A stretch of DNA of 64,000 bases from Felis catus (Eukaryota), in contig NC_058368.1 of NCBI RefSeq assembly GCF_018350175.1, positions 185,878,001 to 185,942,000 of the forward strand. The letters run 5' to 3'. The number at the start of each line of letters is the position of its first letter. Positions within the stretch are counted from its first letter, which is position 1. The notes under the pieces were generated by a model. That model was not told where the DNA came from. It did not search any database and saw only the letters and a list, made by a program, of their open reading frames with translations. The translations under genes were made by a program, and so were the position numbers. Below, in pieces: positions 50,839 through 63,521 of the stretch.

Positions 50839-51056
50839 GGGGCAGGTGGGTGGCTCTGTTGCTTAGGCAACCACCTCTTGATTTTGGCCCAGATCATGAT
50901 TTCATGGTTTGTGAGATCTAGCCCTATGTTGGACTCCATGCACTGACAGTGCAGAACCTGCTTGGGATTCTTTCCCTAGTTCTCTCTCTGCCCTTCCCTC
51001 TCTCTCTCTGCCCTCCCCCACTCTCTCTCAAAATAAATAGACTGTAAAAAAAAAAA
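50839..51056 (+). mobile_element. CanSINE
   Basis: 17-bp TSD AGAAATTT(T/G)ATCCCTGA. Confidence 0.93.
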
Positions 51057-51964
51057 AGAAATTTGATCCCTGAAAATGAAGATGGATTAAGATAGTGATG
51101 GACAGTTGAACTATTGGTTAAAAAGCAAATACAAAAAAAAACAAATAGAAATTATATTAATGTACATATTAGAAGGGGAAGGATTGTAAAATAAATAGTT
51201 TTCAACATGAAATTACATAGAAACATTATTAAAAGTTCTATCTTTTGTGATCTTAATGTCAAAATTAAAGTACAATAACTTAAAATAATATTTTCAACTG
51301 AAAACATGGGCTGATGATCTGATATAAAAAATTGGGGGCTATTAGCTCAAAACCAGCAAAAATGAATATACATACTAGGAGAAAAATCAGATATTCTCAA
51401 TAATTTTGATGAGATTATCTATTATAAAAATAAAGGGAGAAAAAGGATACCATAAGAGTGTTACACTAACGCAATAAGATAATTGGTCTTTGCAGCATAA
51501 TTAAAAAAAAAAGCCTGTGTTCTACTTACATGCTTGCTTGCAATTTTATTTTAATGTTGTAACACTGCAAATGAACCTAGTTTTTTACGTCCTTCATATA
51601 TGAGAAAATACTATTCCTCAATTGTATAAACCCACTGACTTCTGATTCTGGCACAGCCATAGCTACAAACATCTTGAAATTCTGGTAACATAAATTATTT
51701 TGGAAGCAAAGTTGGAATTACAAAAGGAAAAGGTAACCTATAGGTGACAGAAATAAAGAGTAAGCAACACCTAAGCAGCAAGAAGGGAATGAGGACCAGG
51801 GTTATCCATCATTTTAGTCGAGGACTTTAGAATTAAAGCATGACCCAGGATTAAGAGAGAAGTTCTTGGTCTGAAAAGGAACTAAGACTCCTGCTTAAAG
51901 TCATGTCACAGGATGGATTATTCTTCCTACTTGCTTGGGACCCTCTCTCAAAAATGTTTAAGTT

Positions 51965-52130
51965 CCTGAGTGACCTTAGACTTGTTAATTTTCCTGCTCT
52001 GTGTCTCCCCTTTCCTTATTTACAAAATGAATATTGTAGTTACCAATGTTTGGGCAGCTTTTATTCAAAGAGGAATCTATTATGTTGGAGGATAGAAATG
52101 CACTAAATTTAACAAGTAGTCATAGATAAT
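51965..52130 (+). mobile_element. MIR fragment
   Basis: gagtgaccttagacttgtt..ctctgtgtctcccctttccttatttacaaaatg. Confidence 0.55.
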
Positions 52131-52332
52131 AAAACAGTCAACTCAAAAAATCTTAGGTAGAGAAACAAAAGGCTACAGAATGGTGAAATCCTTATAACCA
52201 CAAGAGTGAAGTAAATGGGAGTGCAAACAGAAGGTGGATTATTTTGAGTTGTTGGGCTTTTTTATAGGCTTCTAATCAAAATTGGTGGCTCCATAACACC
52301 TGCCTCTATGAGGTTTTTTTTCACATATTTTA

Positions 52333-52530
52333 ATTTATTTATTTTTGAGACAGAGAGAGACAGAGAATGAATGGGAGAGGGTCAGAGAGAGAGGGAGACA
52401 CAGAATCTGAAACAGGCTCCAGGCTCTGAGCAGTCAGCAGAGCCTGACGCGGGGCTCGAACTCACATACCGTGAGATCATGACCTGAGCCGAAGTCGGAT
52501 GCTTAACCGACTGAGCCACCCAGGCGCCCC
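52333..52530 (-). mobile_element. CanSINE
   Basis: Perfect 17-bp TSD TTTTTTCACATATTTTA (52316-52332, 52531-52547). Confidence 0.96.
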
Positions 52531-53363
52531 TTTTTTCACATATTTTAGCCCCTTACTTTATACCTTTTGAATTTCCTACCAGTTTCTTTCCCATCCCATC
52601 ACACTTGTCCAAACCTAACAACAAAAAAATTAAGATCCAAAGTGCTAATGGATTCTAGTTCCTTCCTCATCTACCCAGTGGTTGCCTCCCCAGCTGGCAC
52701 ACTATCTCCAGCCAAACTGCTCCTGGAGTAACCTCAGTTGGAGACTGGAGACTGTGATCTTTCTGTTCCCTCTGCCTTAAATACTCTTCCCATGGATTTA
52801 TTGCAAGACTGTCACTCCCACTCAGTTCATGTTTTTACTCAGGTGTTGCCTCATCGATGAGGACATTCTGAACACACCAGGTCAAATAACATCTCCCCTG
52901 CCTTTCAGTACAATTCTCCAAAATTAATGCAGTCAATGCATCAGCATGTGTTCTATTAATATATGAGATAGGGGGACCCTTCCTTTTTGGCTTGATAATA
53001 CATAGTTATGGCCATGAGTATGATTATGGAAACGGAGATATACACATCTAATTATATAGATGGTTCTTTTCTTTCTGGTGGTACAAATAAATCGTTTGTG
53101 TTGTATAATATTAAAGCCATACATACCAGTAGAAAGAACAAAGTAAGCCTTCTTCTTCTTATCGTTCCTCTTCCCTTGCACCCTCCTGCCAGTCCTTCCA
53201 TTCTCCCTCCCTCTTTTCTTTCTTCTTCTCTCTCATTTGCCCTTCCTCTCTTTCTTCTTCATACCTCAAAGATGACTGTTGTGTTGAGATGAGCATTCTC
53301 AATACTTTAGTAAACCCTTCTGTATGTTTTAATTTTACATCTATTATGTATCTGTGTATATGG

Positions 53364-53366
<3 letters not shown>

Positions 53367-53406
<40 letters not shown>
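53367..53406. repeat. (TA)n microsatellite
   Basis: Read directly. Confidence 0.95.
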
Positions 53407-53408
<2 letters not shown>

Positions 53409-53739
53409 TTTTTTTACATATGGAATATACATGCCAGATGCAACTTGGTGACTGTATCTATATCTGTTTATGTAATTTTATATTCTGCTTTTTACACTTA
53501 GCAATATATTATGGATTTTTTCATGTCAATGAGCTTCAGTCCACATCATTGTTTTAGCTTCTGCATGATAATATATTACCTGGATGTACCATGCTTATAA
53601 TAATCAGTCTAAATAATCAGGAAAGATTATATAGGTAGCTAGACAGCTAGCTCGATAGCTAGATAGATAAATTTATTTTATGACAGAAATAGTAGGCACT
53701 TTAATGTGGCAAATAATTGATTAGCGAACAATTTTTGTT

Positions 53740-54365
53740 GGGTTAATTAAGTTTAAGCATATAAAATAACTTAGGTCCTACTTTAAGTCATATAAAAATG
53801 AGTTTTAACTAGAATAATTAATGTAAAAATAAAAGTACAAAACTATTATAATAAGATATACAAATATAGTTTTTAACTACTGTTTAAGGAAGACTTTTTG
53901 AAAGAAAAGTACATAAACACTTCTGTGAATTAAAAACTTTCTATGCTTTAGAAATCATAAAGCTTAAATAGTGGGTAGATTGAGAGAAGGTAAATACAAC
54001 ATCTGTGCATTGACAACAAAGGCAAAATATGCTCACCACAGCATAAACACCTACAAATGAATAAGAATGAAAAAGAAAAAAAGAATGAAAGAAGAGATAA
54101 AGAGAGAACAATATACAGAGGATATGCATAGTCAATTCACAAAAGAAATTTGAATGATCACATACATAAGGAGAGGTTTTGAACCCCATGAACACAAAGA
54201 AAAATGCAATTTAAAACAAAGCAGCACAATTTCACACCTAGAAGATTAGAAAAAGTATTAGAAGTCTTAAAGTGATATGTATCAGCAGGAATAAGAAAAA
54301 CATTATTCTCTCATATTCTTTCTGGTGGGAGCCTAAATTGATGAGCCACTTTGGAGACAAATGTT
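53740..54365 (+). mobile_element. Ancient LINE-1 ORF2 3' remnant
   Basis: gaggatatgcatagtcaattcacaaaagaa..aaatgcaatttaaaac..ctggtgggagcctaaattgatgagccactttgga. Confidence 0.7.
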
Positions 54366-54753
54366 AGTAGATAGGAAAATCAAGAATAAGAATAGGATTA
54401 ACACAGCTAGCTGCCATCTCTTTTAGACTATAGGTAGTGCATGTAGGTTGTTCTTTGATTAATTTGACTTGGAAAAAAAAATGCACCTAAATTCAGAGGA
54501 TTTATAGAATCCCTAAAATCTATTCATTAATATTCTAAGGTGTCCATTAAATTCTACACCAAAGATCTCTGGTGTATAACTTCCATGTTTGCAATCTAAC
54601 ATCATATAATAAATATTCAGTAACTAGCAGAGCCTTTATTAGAGATTGACAACAATTTAGACATCTCAAAGCTACTGGTAGAGCAAGAAATGGGGCTTTC
54701 TCTGTAATAACTTCACCCTTGGGGTAGTTCTAGCTGAAAGGCAGATGACTGAC

Positions 54754-54897
54754 TGCTGTACACTGATGTTTGTGCCCCGCCAAAGTTCATATGTTGAAAT
54801 CAAATCCCAAATATGATGGTAATTGTAGGTGGGATGTTTGACAGGTGACTAAGTCATGAGGATGGAGCCCTTATAAACGAGATTAATGCCTTTATAA
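54754..54897 (+). mobile_element. MaLR LTR 5' part (MST/MLT1A-like), truncated
   Basis: atgtttgtgcccc..ttcatatgttgaaatc..gtcatgaggatggagcccttataaacgagattaatgcctttataa. Confidence 0.8.
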
Positions 54898-54944
54898 TTA
54901 TAATTATAATGCCTTTACAATTAATGCCTTTATTAAGGCATTAT

Positions 54945-54946
<2 letters not shown>

Positions 54947-54977
<31 letters not shown>
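54947..54977. repeat. (GT)n microsatellite
   Basis: Read directly. Confidence 0.95.
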
Positions 54978-54981
<4 letters not shown>

Positions 54982-55025
54982 TACATGTATATGGATATAA
55001 CCTATTCTTTAATGTGAACTAAGTC

Positions 55026-55400
55026 ACTGCTTCTCAAAATGCTTCATAAATTGAATCTACTTTTTTTATAAAAATTACTTGGAAGGTTTTTAAAACAATT
55101 TTTTTTAGCATTTATTCATTTTTGAGAGACACAGACAGAGCACAAGCAGGGGTGGGGCAGAGAGAGAGAGGGAGACCCAGAATCTGAAGCAGGCTGACAG
55201 CTCAGAGCCTGATGCTGGGCTTGAACTCACTAACCATGAAATCACTATCTGAGCCGAAGTCAGAAGCTTAACTGACTGAACCACCCAGGCACCCCTACTT
55301 GGAAAGTTTTTAAAAGTACAATCTTGGGCCCAATATTCAGATTCTGATTCTACAGATCTGGATTGGTGTCTGGTAATCTGTATAATTTAGATGTATTCTG
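55026..55400. mobile_element. MER5-type element split by a SINE
   Basis: cactgcttctcaaa..; after the SINE: cttgggccc..cagattctgattctacagatctgg..aatctgtat. Confidence 0.55.
55096..55295 (-). mobile_element. CanSINE with short internal deletion
   Basis: 20-bp TSD TACTTGGAA(G/A)GTTTTTAAAA (55076-55095, 55296-55315). Confidence 0.95.
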
Positions 55401-56190
55401 TGACTTTTCACTATAACCATCTCCATGAGTATTTACTTTCTTCACTCTCCTTCCTAGACCTTATGGTCCATCAGTTACATTATAGTCTTCATGACAGACC
55501 ATCTTCACATCTCATCACATCTGCCTCAATTTTTTTGCTCCTCTGTTAGTCATGATCTTAAAGATGATTTTCCTTCACCAATGAGCACGATCCCATTGCA
55601 TTTAGTCCCCTTAAGATTCTGGATCATTACTGACACAATTTATTTTCTTTATCTTCAACATTTTGCTTATGGCTCCAACAGTATTTAAACATGTAAAATC
55701 ATCTCCTATATTCAAAAGATAAAAATTTCCCTTCACCTCTTTTAAATCCCCTGGAGCTATTTTCTTATCTCTCTCCTTCCATTCACAACCAAGTGTATTA
55801 AAGGAGTTGTCTGCAGTTGCTGTCTCCATTCTTTCACCTTCTATTTGTGCTTTAGACAACTACAGTCTGACTTCTGCCACCTCCACTCAGCTGAAATTGT
55901 TGTAGATAAAATCACCATTGACTTCTTTGCTACTAAATTCAATGGAAACTTCCCAATCTTGGTCTTAGTTAAACTTTGTGCAGAACTTGATCTGTTCATT
56001 AACCTCTCCTTGCATTGCACTCTCTTTTAGAGGAGGTGGGGTTCTGTGACACCACACTCTTCTTGCTAGGTCCTTCTGAGCCTTTTTATGGGATTTTTCT
56101 TTGTTTTCCTATACTTATATTCACTTTTTTTTAAATTCTAAACATTTCTCTTAGTAATCCTATCCAGTCTCTGATCTTGGTATACTGTTT

Positions 56191-56406
56191 TTTGTTTTTT
56201 GGGTTTTTTTAAAAATGTTTATTCATTTTTGAGAGACAATGTGAGTGGGGGAGGGGCAGAAAGAGAGGGAGACACATAATCTGAAGAAGGCTCCAGGCTC
56301 TGAGCTGTCAGCACAGAGCCTGACGCGGGGCTCGAACCCATGAACTGAGAGATCATGACCTGAGCCTAAGTCGGACACCTAACCAACTGAGCCACCCAGG
56401 AGCCCC
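56191..56406 (-). mobile_element. CanSINE inserted in L2
   Basis: Full body; flanks share TACTGTTTT. Confidence 0.94.
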
Positions 56407-56529
56407 TCATTTACTGTTTTCTAATAATTTAGGCTATATTTTGAGTCTTTATCTGTCTCTTTGGTTCCAGTCTAAGTATCCAACTATCTACTACATATCA
56501 GAACCTGGATAATACTATTATTAAATACA

Positions 56530-56735
56530 AGAATCATAATAATTGAGAAATAACTGTGAATCAGGCTCTCCATTAAACCCATTTCATGAATTATCTCAGC
56601 CTTATGTAGAGGTTCAAATAACATCCCCATTTAAAGGAGAGTAAACTGAGGCTTAGAGATATTTGATAAATTAACACATGTAACTAGAATCCTAGAATCC
56701 AGAGATAGTGTTTACTTTCTAATACCACACCACTC
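56530..56735 (-). mobile_element. MIR within L2
   Basis: catccccatttaaaggagagtaaactgaggcttagaga. Confidence 0.7.
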
Positions 56736-57557
56736 ACCATTTCTTATACCTCTTCTCAGGATAAATATTCTCCACCAAAACTCAAATCCAGCAGGTCCTA
56801 ACCTGAAATCTTCCATTTAGTTCACTATCACAATGATTTTCCACTTCTCCATCAATTCACACAAGCAAGAACTGGACTTTTTGGCTTACAGATCATACCT
56901 AATAAATCACAAATCTTATAACTTCTACTTTTCTAATACCTTAAAAAGACAGGGCTTTCTATCTATCTATCCCCACTGTTTGAAACATAATTAATCCTCC
57001 CCTGAATCAATGCAGCAGCTTCCTAACTGGTGTCCATGCTTCAGGTCATGACCCTTCCAATCCATTTTTCACAAGGCAGTCTGAGTGATTTTCTAAAGTC
57101 AAATCTGATCATGTCACTTCCTTGCCTACTTAAAGTCTGTCAATGCCATTCCACTGCCCTCCGGATAAACTCCTTACCAGGGCATACAAGGTCATTTCTG
57201 ACCTAGCATCTCCTTAAATCTATGGCTTCCTCTACCTAAAGTACTCACTTCATTTTAAGCTCCAGCCATTGGACACTATTTGTAGATCCCTGAGCATGCT
57301 GTGCTCTGTTTCAGTTCTAAGATTTTAAAAGATTTTCTCTCCTGCCTAAAAAGTATCCTTCCTCCCCCATTCAATGGGCCCTTCACAATTCATCTTTGAT
57401 GGAGCTTCCTCTTGTAAGTCTTCTCTCTCCTGCCAAGATCCTCCTGTGTTCTCCCAGCATAGTTGTTTTTTTACTGTAGAATTTATCACACTGTATTATC
57501 ATAACTCATTTTCTTACCTGTGTCTGTGCACTTTATATCCCTTCAATGGTGGCCATC

Positions 57558-58075
57558 ATGACATTAGTTTTCCTCAGAAGCAGAGCCTGAGGGAAGGATT
57601 CAAGTGCAAATAATTTGGAGGGTGATCTCAGAAAACACTGGAGGCAGAGTAAAGAAGTGAGACAGGGAAGGGAAACTAGTCAATGAAGAGCTCGGGAGCT
57701 TAGGTTAATGGAGCTTAATATGCTGAGGTACTCTGGGAGCCAATATAAAACCTGTGCTTCAGAGTTACCCCATCCTAGGAGAAAGTTTGTGTATTCACAT
57801 ATCATCCTGGTTGCACTGAAGGTTACAGTTGTAGCACTGATTAACCCCTCAATCCCAGCCAAACCTGAGTAGTTAATCACCCTAACCACCAGCTCCCACC
57901 AGTTACTAGTTGAAGGCAGCTAAGGGAAGAGAGCAGGTGAGTAGAGGAGCAGGTAGTAACTCCCTGACGCTTTTAGTGTGCTGTGTAGACAACAAAATTA
58001 ATTCCAGTGATCCAAAAGCCCTCAGTCGAAGAAATTTAGGAGCTGGCATTTGAAAGTAGGCCCAGTAAACACTGG
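57558..58075 (-). mobile_element. ERVL LTR (LTR16/LTR33 group)
   Basis: cagaagcagagcctgagggaaggattcaagtgcaaataatttggagggtgatctcag..gaagtgagacagggaaggg. Confidence 0.65.
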
Positions 58076-58094
58076 ATGTTGGTGATGAATATGG

Positions 58095-58207
58095 GTCTCC
58101 ATATTTATTCATTCATTCATCTTCATGCATGTAACATTTGCTACAGCCTTGTTTACTATACTAGTGTCTGGCACATAGAGAGTGCTCAAAAATATTTATT
58201 AAGTAAG
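58095..58207 (+). mobile_element. L2 3' terminus
   Basis: tagtgtctggcacatagagagtgctcaaaaatatttattaag. Confidence 0.65.
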
Positions 58208-59777
58208 TCTCTCTCTCTCTCTTTCTCTCTCTCTCTATAGATAGATATAGATATAGATATATTTATATAGATATATAGATATTTCTTTTTAAGAAGGAAG
58301 CAAGTTTCTGTGATTTGTTTATTTTTTTGTCCTCAGCATGGAGCATTAATTCCAGCACTTAGTAAATGTTTAATAAATATTTTGAATGAATAATTGAATG
58401 AAGGTCTTACTGAATGAAGTAGATGATCTGTAAGGTCCTTGTAAGCTGGGAGATTCTATACTATTTAAAACATCAGTATGTACCTCCCACTGTATCCTCT
58501 TCAAACACGTCACTTTATTATCTGTGTGGGTGCTATGCAATGCAGAGCACATGATTTAATCACCTATACCCAGGCCACATCAGGGAAGAGGAATGTTGCA
58601 ATGTTCTTTCATCAGCCTCAGAGCAGAGTGATGGTGACTAATTGGACAAGGGCCACCATGACCCAATTTTGGGGCCCTGTCACTTCAGAAATATTTAAAA
58701 CCACACTGTGGGATGGTAGAACATAGATTGACTGCTGCCACCTGACTCCACTAATGATAGAACTATAAAGAGAGCTCCAATCTCCAGAGCTATTATTCTG
58801 GTGCTTCCCATGAGCATTTTCTGTATTAAAAAAAATGGAATTTAAAGGGAGGTGTGGGTGTGGAAGAAGCTGAGTCTTCAAATAGCTTTCTGAAATACCA
58901 TCTGAAACAGGAAGGGCTTTGAGGAAAGGACTGTGGGAATGTGTTTAAACAACAATGGAAAGTGGATGTGCTCTATTTCTGGTTTTTAGAACACTTAGCA
59001 TTTAAAAAACCTTTTTGTTTGTTTTGGCTAATTGTGTATGTACCACTGTCATCTGCTTTGCTGGTAGTGATTTTTTTTTTTTTTTTTGGTAGAATTCCTT
59101 GTTGTCTAAGAAAGCTCTCTCTTATACTGACTACATATAATGTATTTTAAAAATCCAAATTTTTATCATGACAATTTTCTAGTTCAGTAATATATCCTTT
59201 TCCTGATTATTAAATCGTGTGCACAGATAAGGATTTTAGAAAACTCAGAGAGTGATTTTTTAAGAAAAGCACAATAATCCCTAATGTTCCAGACAGTATA
59301 AATATTATTCACATTTTTTTATATCCATCCATTTTTTAGTTCATATGCTAGCTTTCTACCAAATTTGGAAGTTATCTTTATGATTTCCTGACTTAAAATA
59401 TGCTAGGGTACATACTAAAAATTTATTTTGGGGGCCAAGAGTTAGGATTCCAGAGAAATTACAGGTCATGATTTGCTTTTAATGGGAATGATTTTTGTAG
59501 TGCCTTCTCATATGAGTGGCAAAAGACTTTATTCTTATTGGATGACTCTTTTTGGGAGCTGGCTTTCAAAGCAGTTGAGAGCTAGGCACAGCTAGAGGGC
59601 ATGTGACTCCGGTCAGGGGAGATGGACCCACATCTCAACTCAGTACTAAAACTGAGTAGAGAAAACAATGATTTCAGGTCACGTGTCACAAAGGCAGTTA
59701 ATTTTTATGTAACTAATTCTTGACAAATATATATAGCACACATCAGGGGAATAGCTTTTAGAATTTCCTCATTTGGT

Positions 59778-59872
59778 GGCACCTCGCTGGCTCAGTCTGT
59801 ATGCTATTCTTGATCTTAAGGTCATGAGTTTGAGCCCACATTTGGGGTAGAGATTACTTAAAATAAGAAAAT
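59778..59872 (+). mobile_element. Short old-type CanSINE
   Basis: ggcacctcgctggctcagtc..tcttgatcttaaggtcatgagtttgagcccaca..gtagagattacttaaaa. Confidence 0.8.
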
Positions 59873-59928
59873 AAAATGGTTGATGTGGCAAAGATCATGT
59901 GTATTTCACCCCAATTAAAAAAAATTTA

Positions 59929-60132
59929 GGGGCACCTGGATGGCTCAGTCAGTTAAGTGTCTGACTTTGACTTAGGTCATGATCTCATGGTTTGTGAGCT
60001 CAAGCCCCGCATCAGGCTCTGTGCTGATAGCTTGGACCTGGAGACTGCTTCAGATTCTGTGTGTGTATCTTTCTCTCTGCCCCTCCACCCTCTGTGTGTT
60101 AACTTTTAAAAATTTTTTTTCAATTAAAAAAA
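59929..60132 (+). mobile_element. CanSINE
   Basis: GGGGCACCTGGATGGCTCAG head. Confidence 0.93.
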
Positions 60133-60649
60133 ATTAATTTGATGAGGGCTCATGATTCTCTTAAATTAAGAAATGAAGGCTATTCTATGGGTGAGATATA
60201 CATTGTAGGTATATTTTCCAACAACAACTGGATTATTCTGTTCATACATCATGCAGAATATTTTCCAACTATTAATATATTATTTAAGTTTTTCTGCTTA
60301 TGATTACATAGTTAAAACTTCTGACTAACCTACAAAGTGCATTTTGTAAAGTGAACCAGTATAAACCTAAATAAACTTAACACTGGATCTGCTGATACTC
60401 AAGAAACTACATCCATATCCTTCATTCTTTTTCAGAGGAAGTATTAGTACTTAAGATGTTTATATGAAATTCTACTCATAACATATAATATATAAACGGT
60501 AAACCTGGAATTAATGTAGTCCAAATTTCTCATGAGGAAATTCTGAGTCTGGTATTTTTATCTTTAGGTCACAGTACTGGTTAGTTTCAAAAACAGAGTC
60601 AGAATAAAATTGATTTGATTTTCTTTTTCTTTTAGTTTTTTTTAATTAC

Positions 60650-60862
60650 TCTTTGTTTTTTAGTTTATTTATTTTGAGAGAGAGAGTGACAGAGCATGCA
60701 AATGGGGGAGAGGTAGAGAGAGGGAGAGAGAGAATCCCAAGCAGGCTCTGCACTGTCAGAGCAGAGCTCAATGTGGGGCTTGAACCGAACCGTGAGATCA
60801 TGACCTGAGCCTAAATTAAGAGTCAGATGCTTAACCAACCGACTAAGTCACCCAGATATCCC
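60650..60862 (-). mobile_element. CanSINE
   Basis: Full body. Confidence 0.93.
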
Positions 60863-61019
60863 TGACTTGATTTTCTATCAAGATTTTTTATATTGTGCCC
60901 ATGCTTAACAGCCAACAGGTCTATTTCATTTTTATGGTAGATTGATAGTGTTTATGGATAGATATAAATGAATACAGAAAAAAATATATATGTAATTGTA
61001 TCCCTTTTAGTATTTTTGA

Positions 61020-61455
61020 GTTTTTAAAAAATAAACATATATACTGAAAAGGACACATCAATAATTTTCACAAAATGACCTATCCATGTACCTAGAGTGC
61101 AGATCAAGAAACTATTACCAGTTCTCAGAAGCCTCTCTTGTGCTCAGGAATCTTCTCCTCTACCTGTTCCCATAAGAATTCTCCTTACTCTATCACTATA
61201 GATTAGTTTTTTATTCTTATTGAATTTTATATAAATGGAACTTATAGATATCCTCTTTTGAGTTTGGCATTTTGCTCTGTCTTATAGATGTGGATTCATT
61301 CATGTTGTTACTTGTAGTTTGTCTGATTCTTGTAAATTCTGTAGTGTAGAATATGCTATTGTGATAATATTCTACAGCTTTTTTTTATCCATTCTGCAGT
61401 TGATAGGCATTTGAGTGGTTTCAATATATAAGCTATTAAAAATAGTGCTCTGATT
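61020..61455 (-). mobile_element. Ancient LINE-1 3' region (L1ME-like)
   Basis: cagatcaagaaactattacc..ttttatataaatggaa..gattcattcatgttg..tatccattctgcagttgataggcatttgagt. Confidence 0.75.
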
Positions 61456-61919
61456 AATCTGTTTCAAAAATAAAAATATACATACACTGTGAATATTCTA
61501 AGTGGCAATTTCGCAAATCATAGTGAGTGGCATTCATTTCACAGCCTTTATTTTGAAAATTCTCCTTTATCTCTCTATTGCCTATTATGGATAAGGATTT
61601 TCTATATTTTAAGAAAGATTCAGAGGTAAAAACTGTGGCCCCCACTTTTAGGATGCTTATAGCTTTACAGGAAAGGCCACATCATGTATACATTTTACAA
61701 GTTTGGAGAAGGGTAAGGATTTTGTGATCAGATCTTCACTTCTGCATTAATGGTTTTTACCTACTAAATTTCAAATTCAGTACTTTTTTTTTTTTTGGCC
61801 ACTATATTGTACATGGTGCAGGTGTATTAGTTTGTAATGTAAAATCATTTTCTACCATAGCTCAATAAAAGCTTGAAAGCCCTAGCTTTAATGGTAGTAG
61901 CAGGAATATTTTTACTTTA

Positions 61920-62143
61920 GTTTTTTAAATTTTTAAAAAATGTTTATTTATTTTTGAGAGAGAGACACACACAGAGTGTAAGCAGGGAAGGGGCAGAGAG
62001 AGAGGGAGACACAGAATCCAAAGCAGGCTCCAGGCTCTGAGCTGTCAGCACAGAGCCCGACGAGGGGGTTGAACTCATGAACTGTGAAATCATGACCTGA
62101 GCTGAAGTTGGACACCCAACCGACTGACCCACCCAGGCATCCC
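61920..62143 (-). mobile_element. CanSINE
   Basis: Flanks AGGAAT..TTTTTACTTTA on both sides. Confidence 0.95.
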
Positions 62144-62214
62144 AGGAATTTTTTTTACTTTAATAAATGTTACCAATTCCCCACTGACAAACTAGGGAGG
62201 TGAGCAATTATATA

Positions 62215-62473
62215 TTTTAGTTTAGTTTAGTTTTTAGTTTTTATTTAAATTCTAGTTAGTTTACATATAGTGTAATACTAGTTTCAGGTATAAAATTTAG
62301 TGATTCTGGGGCACCTGAGTGGCTCAGTTGGTTGGGCTTCCAACTTCTGCCAGGTCATGATCTCACAGCTCGTGGGTTTGAGCCCCGCATCGGGCTCTGT
62401 GCTGACAGCTCAGAGCCTGGAGCCTGCTTTGGATTCTGTGTCTCCCTGTCTCTCTGTCCGTCCCTCACTCATG

Positions 62474-62505
<32 letters not shown>

Positions 62506-62750
62506 AATAAATAAGACATTTATTTAAAAAAAATTAAAATTTAGTGATTCAATGCTTACAACACCTGGTGTTCATCACAAGTACACTTCTTAATCCTCAT
62601 CACCTATTTAACCCATCCCCGCCCCCCCCCCACCTCCCCTCTGATAACTATCAGTTTGTTCTTTATAGTTAAGGGTCTGTTTCTTGATCTGCCATTCTCA
62701 TTTCTTCTTGTTTGTTTGGTTTCTTAAATTCCACATATGAGTGAGATCAT
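62215..62750 (-). mobile_element. Carnivore LINE-1 3' UTR fragment (L1 moiety of a U6/L1 chimera)
   Basis: (TTTAG)n-like tail; ttctagttagtttacatatagtgtaatactagtttcagg..ttcttaaattccacatatgagtgagatcat; similar to 47790-48010. Confidence 0.9.
62308..62536 (+). mobile_element. CanSINE inserted in the chimera
   Basis: 15-bp TSD AAAATTTAGTGATTC (62292-62306, 62537-62551). Confidence 0.95.
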
Positions 62751-62857
62751 AAAAATATGAAATGCTTCACAAATTTGTGTGTCATCCTTGTGCAAGGGCC
62801 ATGCTAATCTTCTCTGTATTGTTCCAATGTTAGCATATGTGCTGCCAAAGTGAGCAC
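62751..62857 (-). pseudogene. RNU6: Full-length U6 snRNA retropseudogene
   Basis: Reverse complement aligns end-to-end with vertebrate U6 (GTGCTCGCTTCGGCAGCACATATAC..ACAGAGA..ATATTTT); I count 11 substitutions, 7 of them at the 7 CpGs. Confidence 0.97.
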
Positions 62858-63049
62858 AGGAGGTCAACAGTTAAATATAAAACACTTTTCAGAGTACTTT
62901 AAGATTCTGTATTGTTCAGTCCTTGGGTAATGTCACTGTGCCTAAAAACCAATATACGTTCAAAAGAAATGCATGTCGGCTATGTAACTGCATATATATG
63001 CCAAAAAGGACAATTTTGAAAGGAACATTGTTTCATTACTGTTAGGTAT

Positions 63050-63395
63050 TAACAAAGATTCTCTCCTTGAGCAAACCATAGCCAGCTTCTCTGAGCCCTT
63101 TATCTCAAGTAGGCTCAACTTTTGGACTGTGTATTCATCCTTGCATTGCCCAGTTTCACCAAGAATCCTGTTGAGTCAGTCTAGCACATATCCCTCTAAG
63201 CCTTGAGGTTTCCTTTTAGTAATTTTCCATCCAGTGACCCCTACTGTACTCCTTGACCATAAATCCCCACTTGTCCTTGTATTCAACTTGTGGTTGAGCC
63301 CAACCTCTTCCTCCTACTGCAGAATCCTCCTTGCAGTAGTCTCTCTTGAATAGTCTTTCTTAATGTTGTTAACAAGTGCCTTGAATAATTATATT
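63050..63395 (+). mobile_element. ERV1-class LTR (MER31-like)
   Basis: acaaagattctctccttgagcaaac..tctgagccc..caagaatcctgttgagtcagt..ataaatccccacttgtcc. Confidence 0.7.
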
Positions 63396-63521
63396 CTAGT
63401 GGGGCTTTTTTAATAAAAAATATATTCTCCTAGGGAAACCCAATAATCCACCACCTTCTAGTCTCCTTTTCTATTTATATGTTACAAATGTAAATAAATA
63501 TAGATAGAAAATACATAAATA

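Larger units (their letters stand above)
55560..57545 (+). mobile_element. L2 LINE: decayed RT and 3' region, interrupted by later insertions
   Basis: ORF 55845 LQSDFCHLHSAEIVVDKITIDFFATKFNGNFPILVLVKLCAELD resembles L2 RT LQSGFRP.HSTETAL.KVTNDL..K..G.FSVLILLDLSAAFD; typical L2 3' text at 57000-57500. Confidence 0.85.

Noticed and set aside
59400..59700. Possible additional LTR
   Set aside because: I could not establish termini, a TSD or a family signature.
62751..62857. Functional U6 snRNA gene
   Set aside because: All CpGs have decayed, it is fused to L1, and I could not identify a convincing U6 promoter arrangement upstream.
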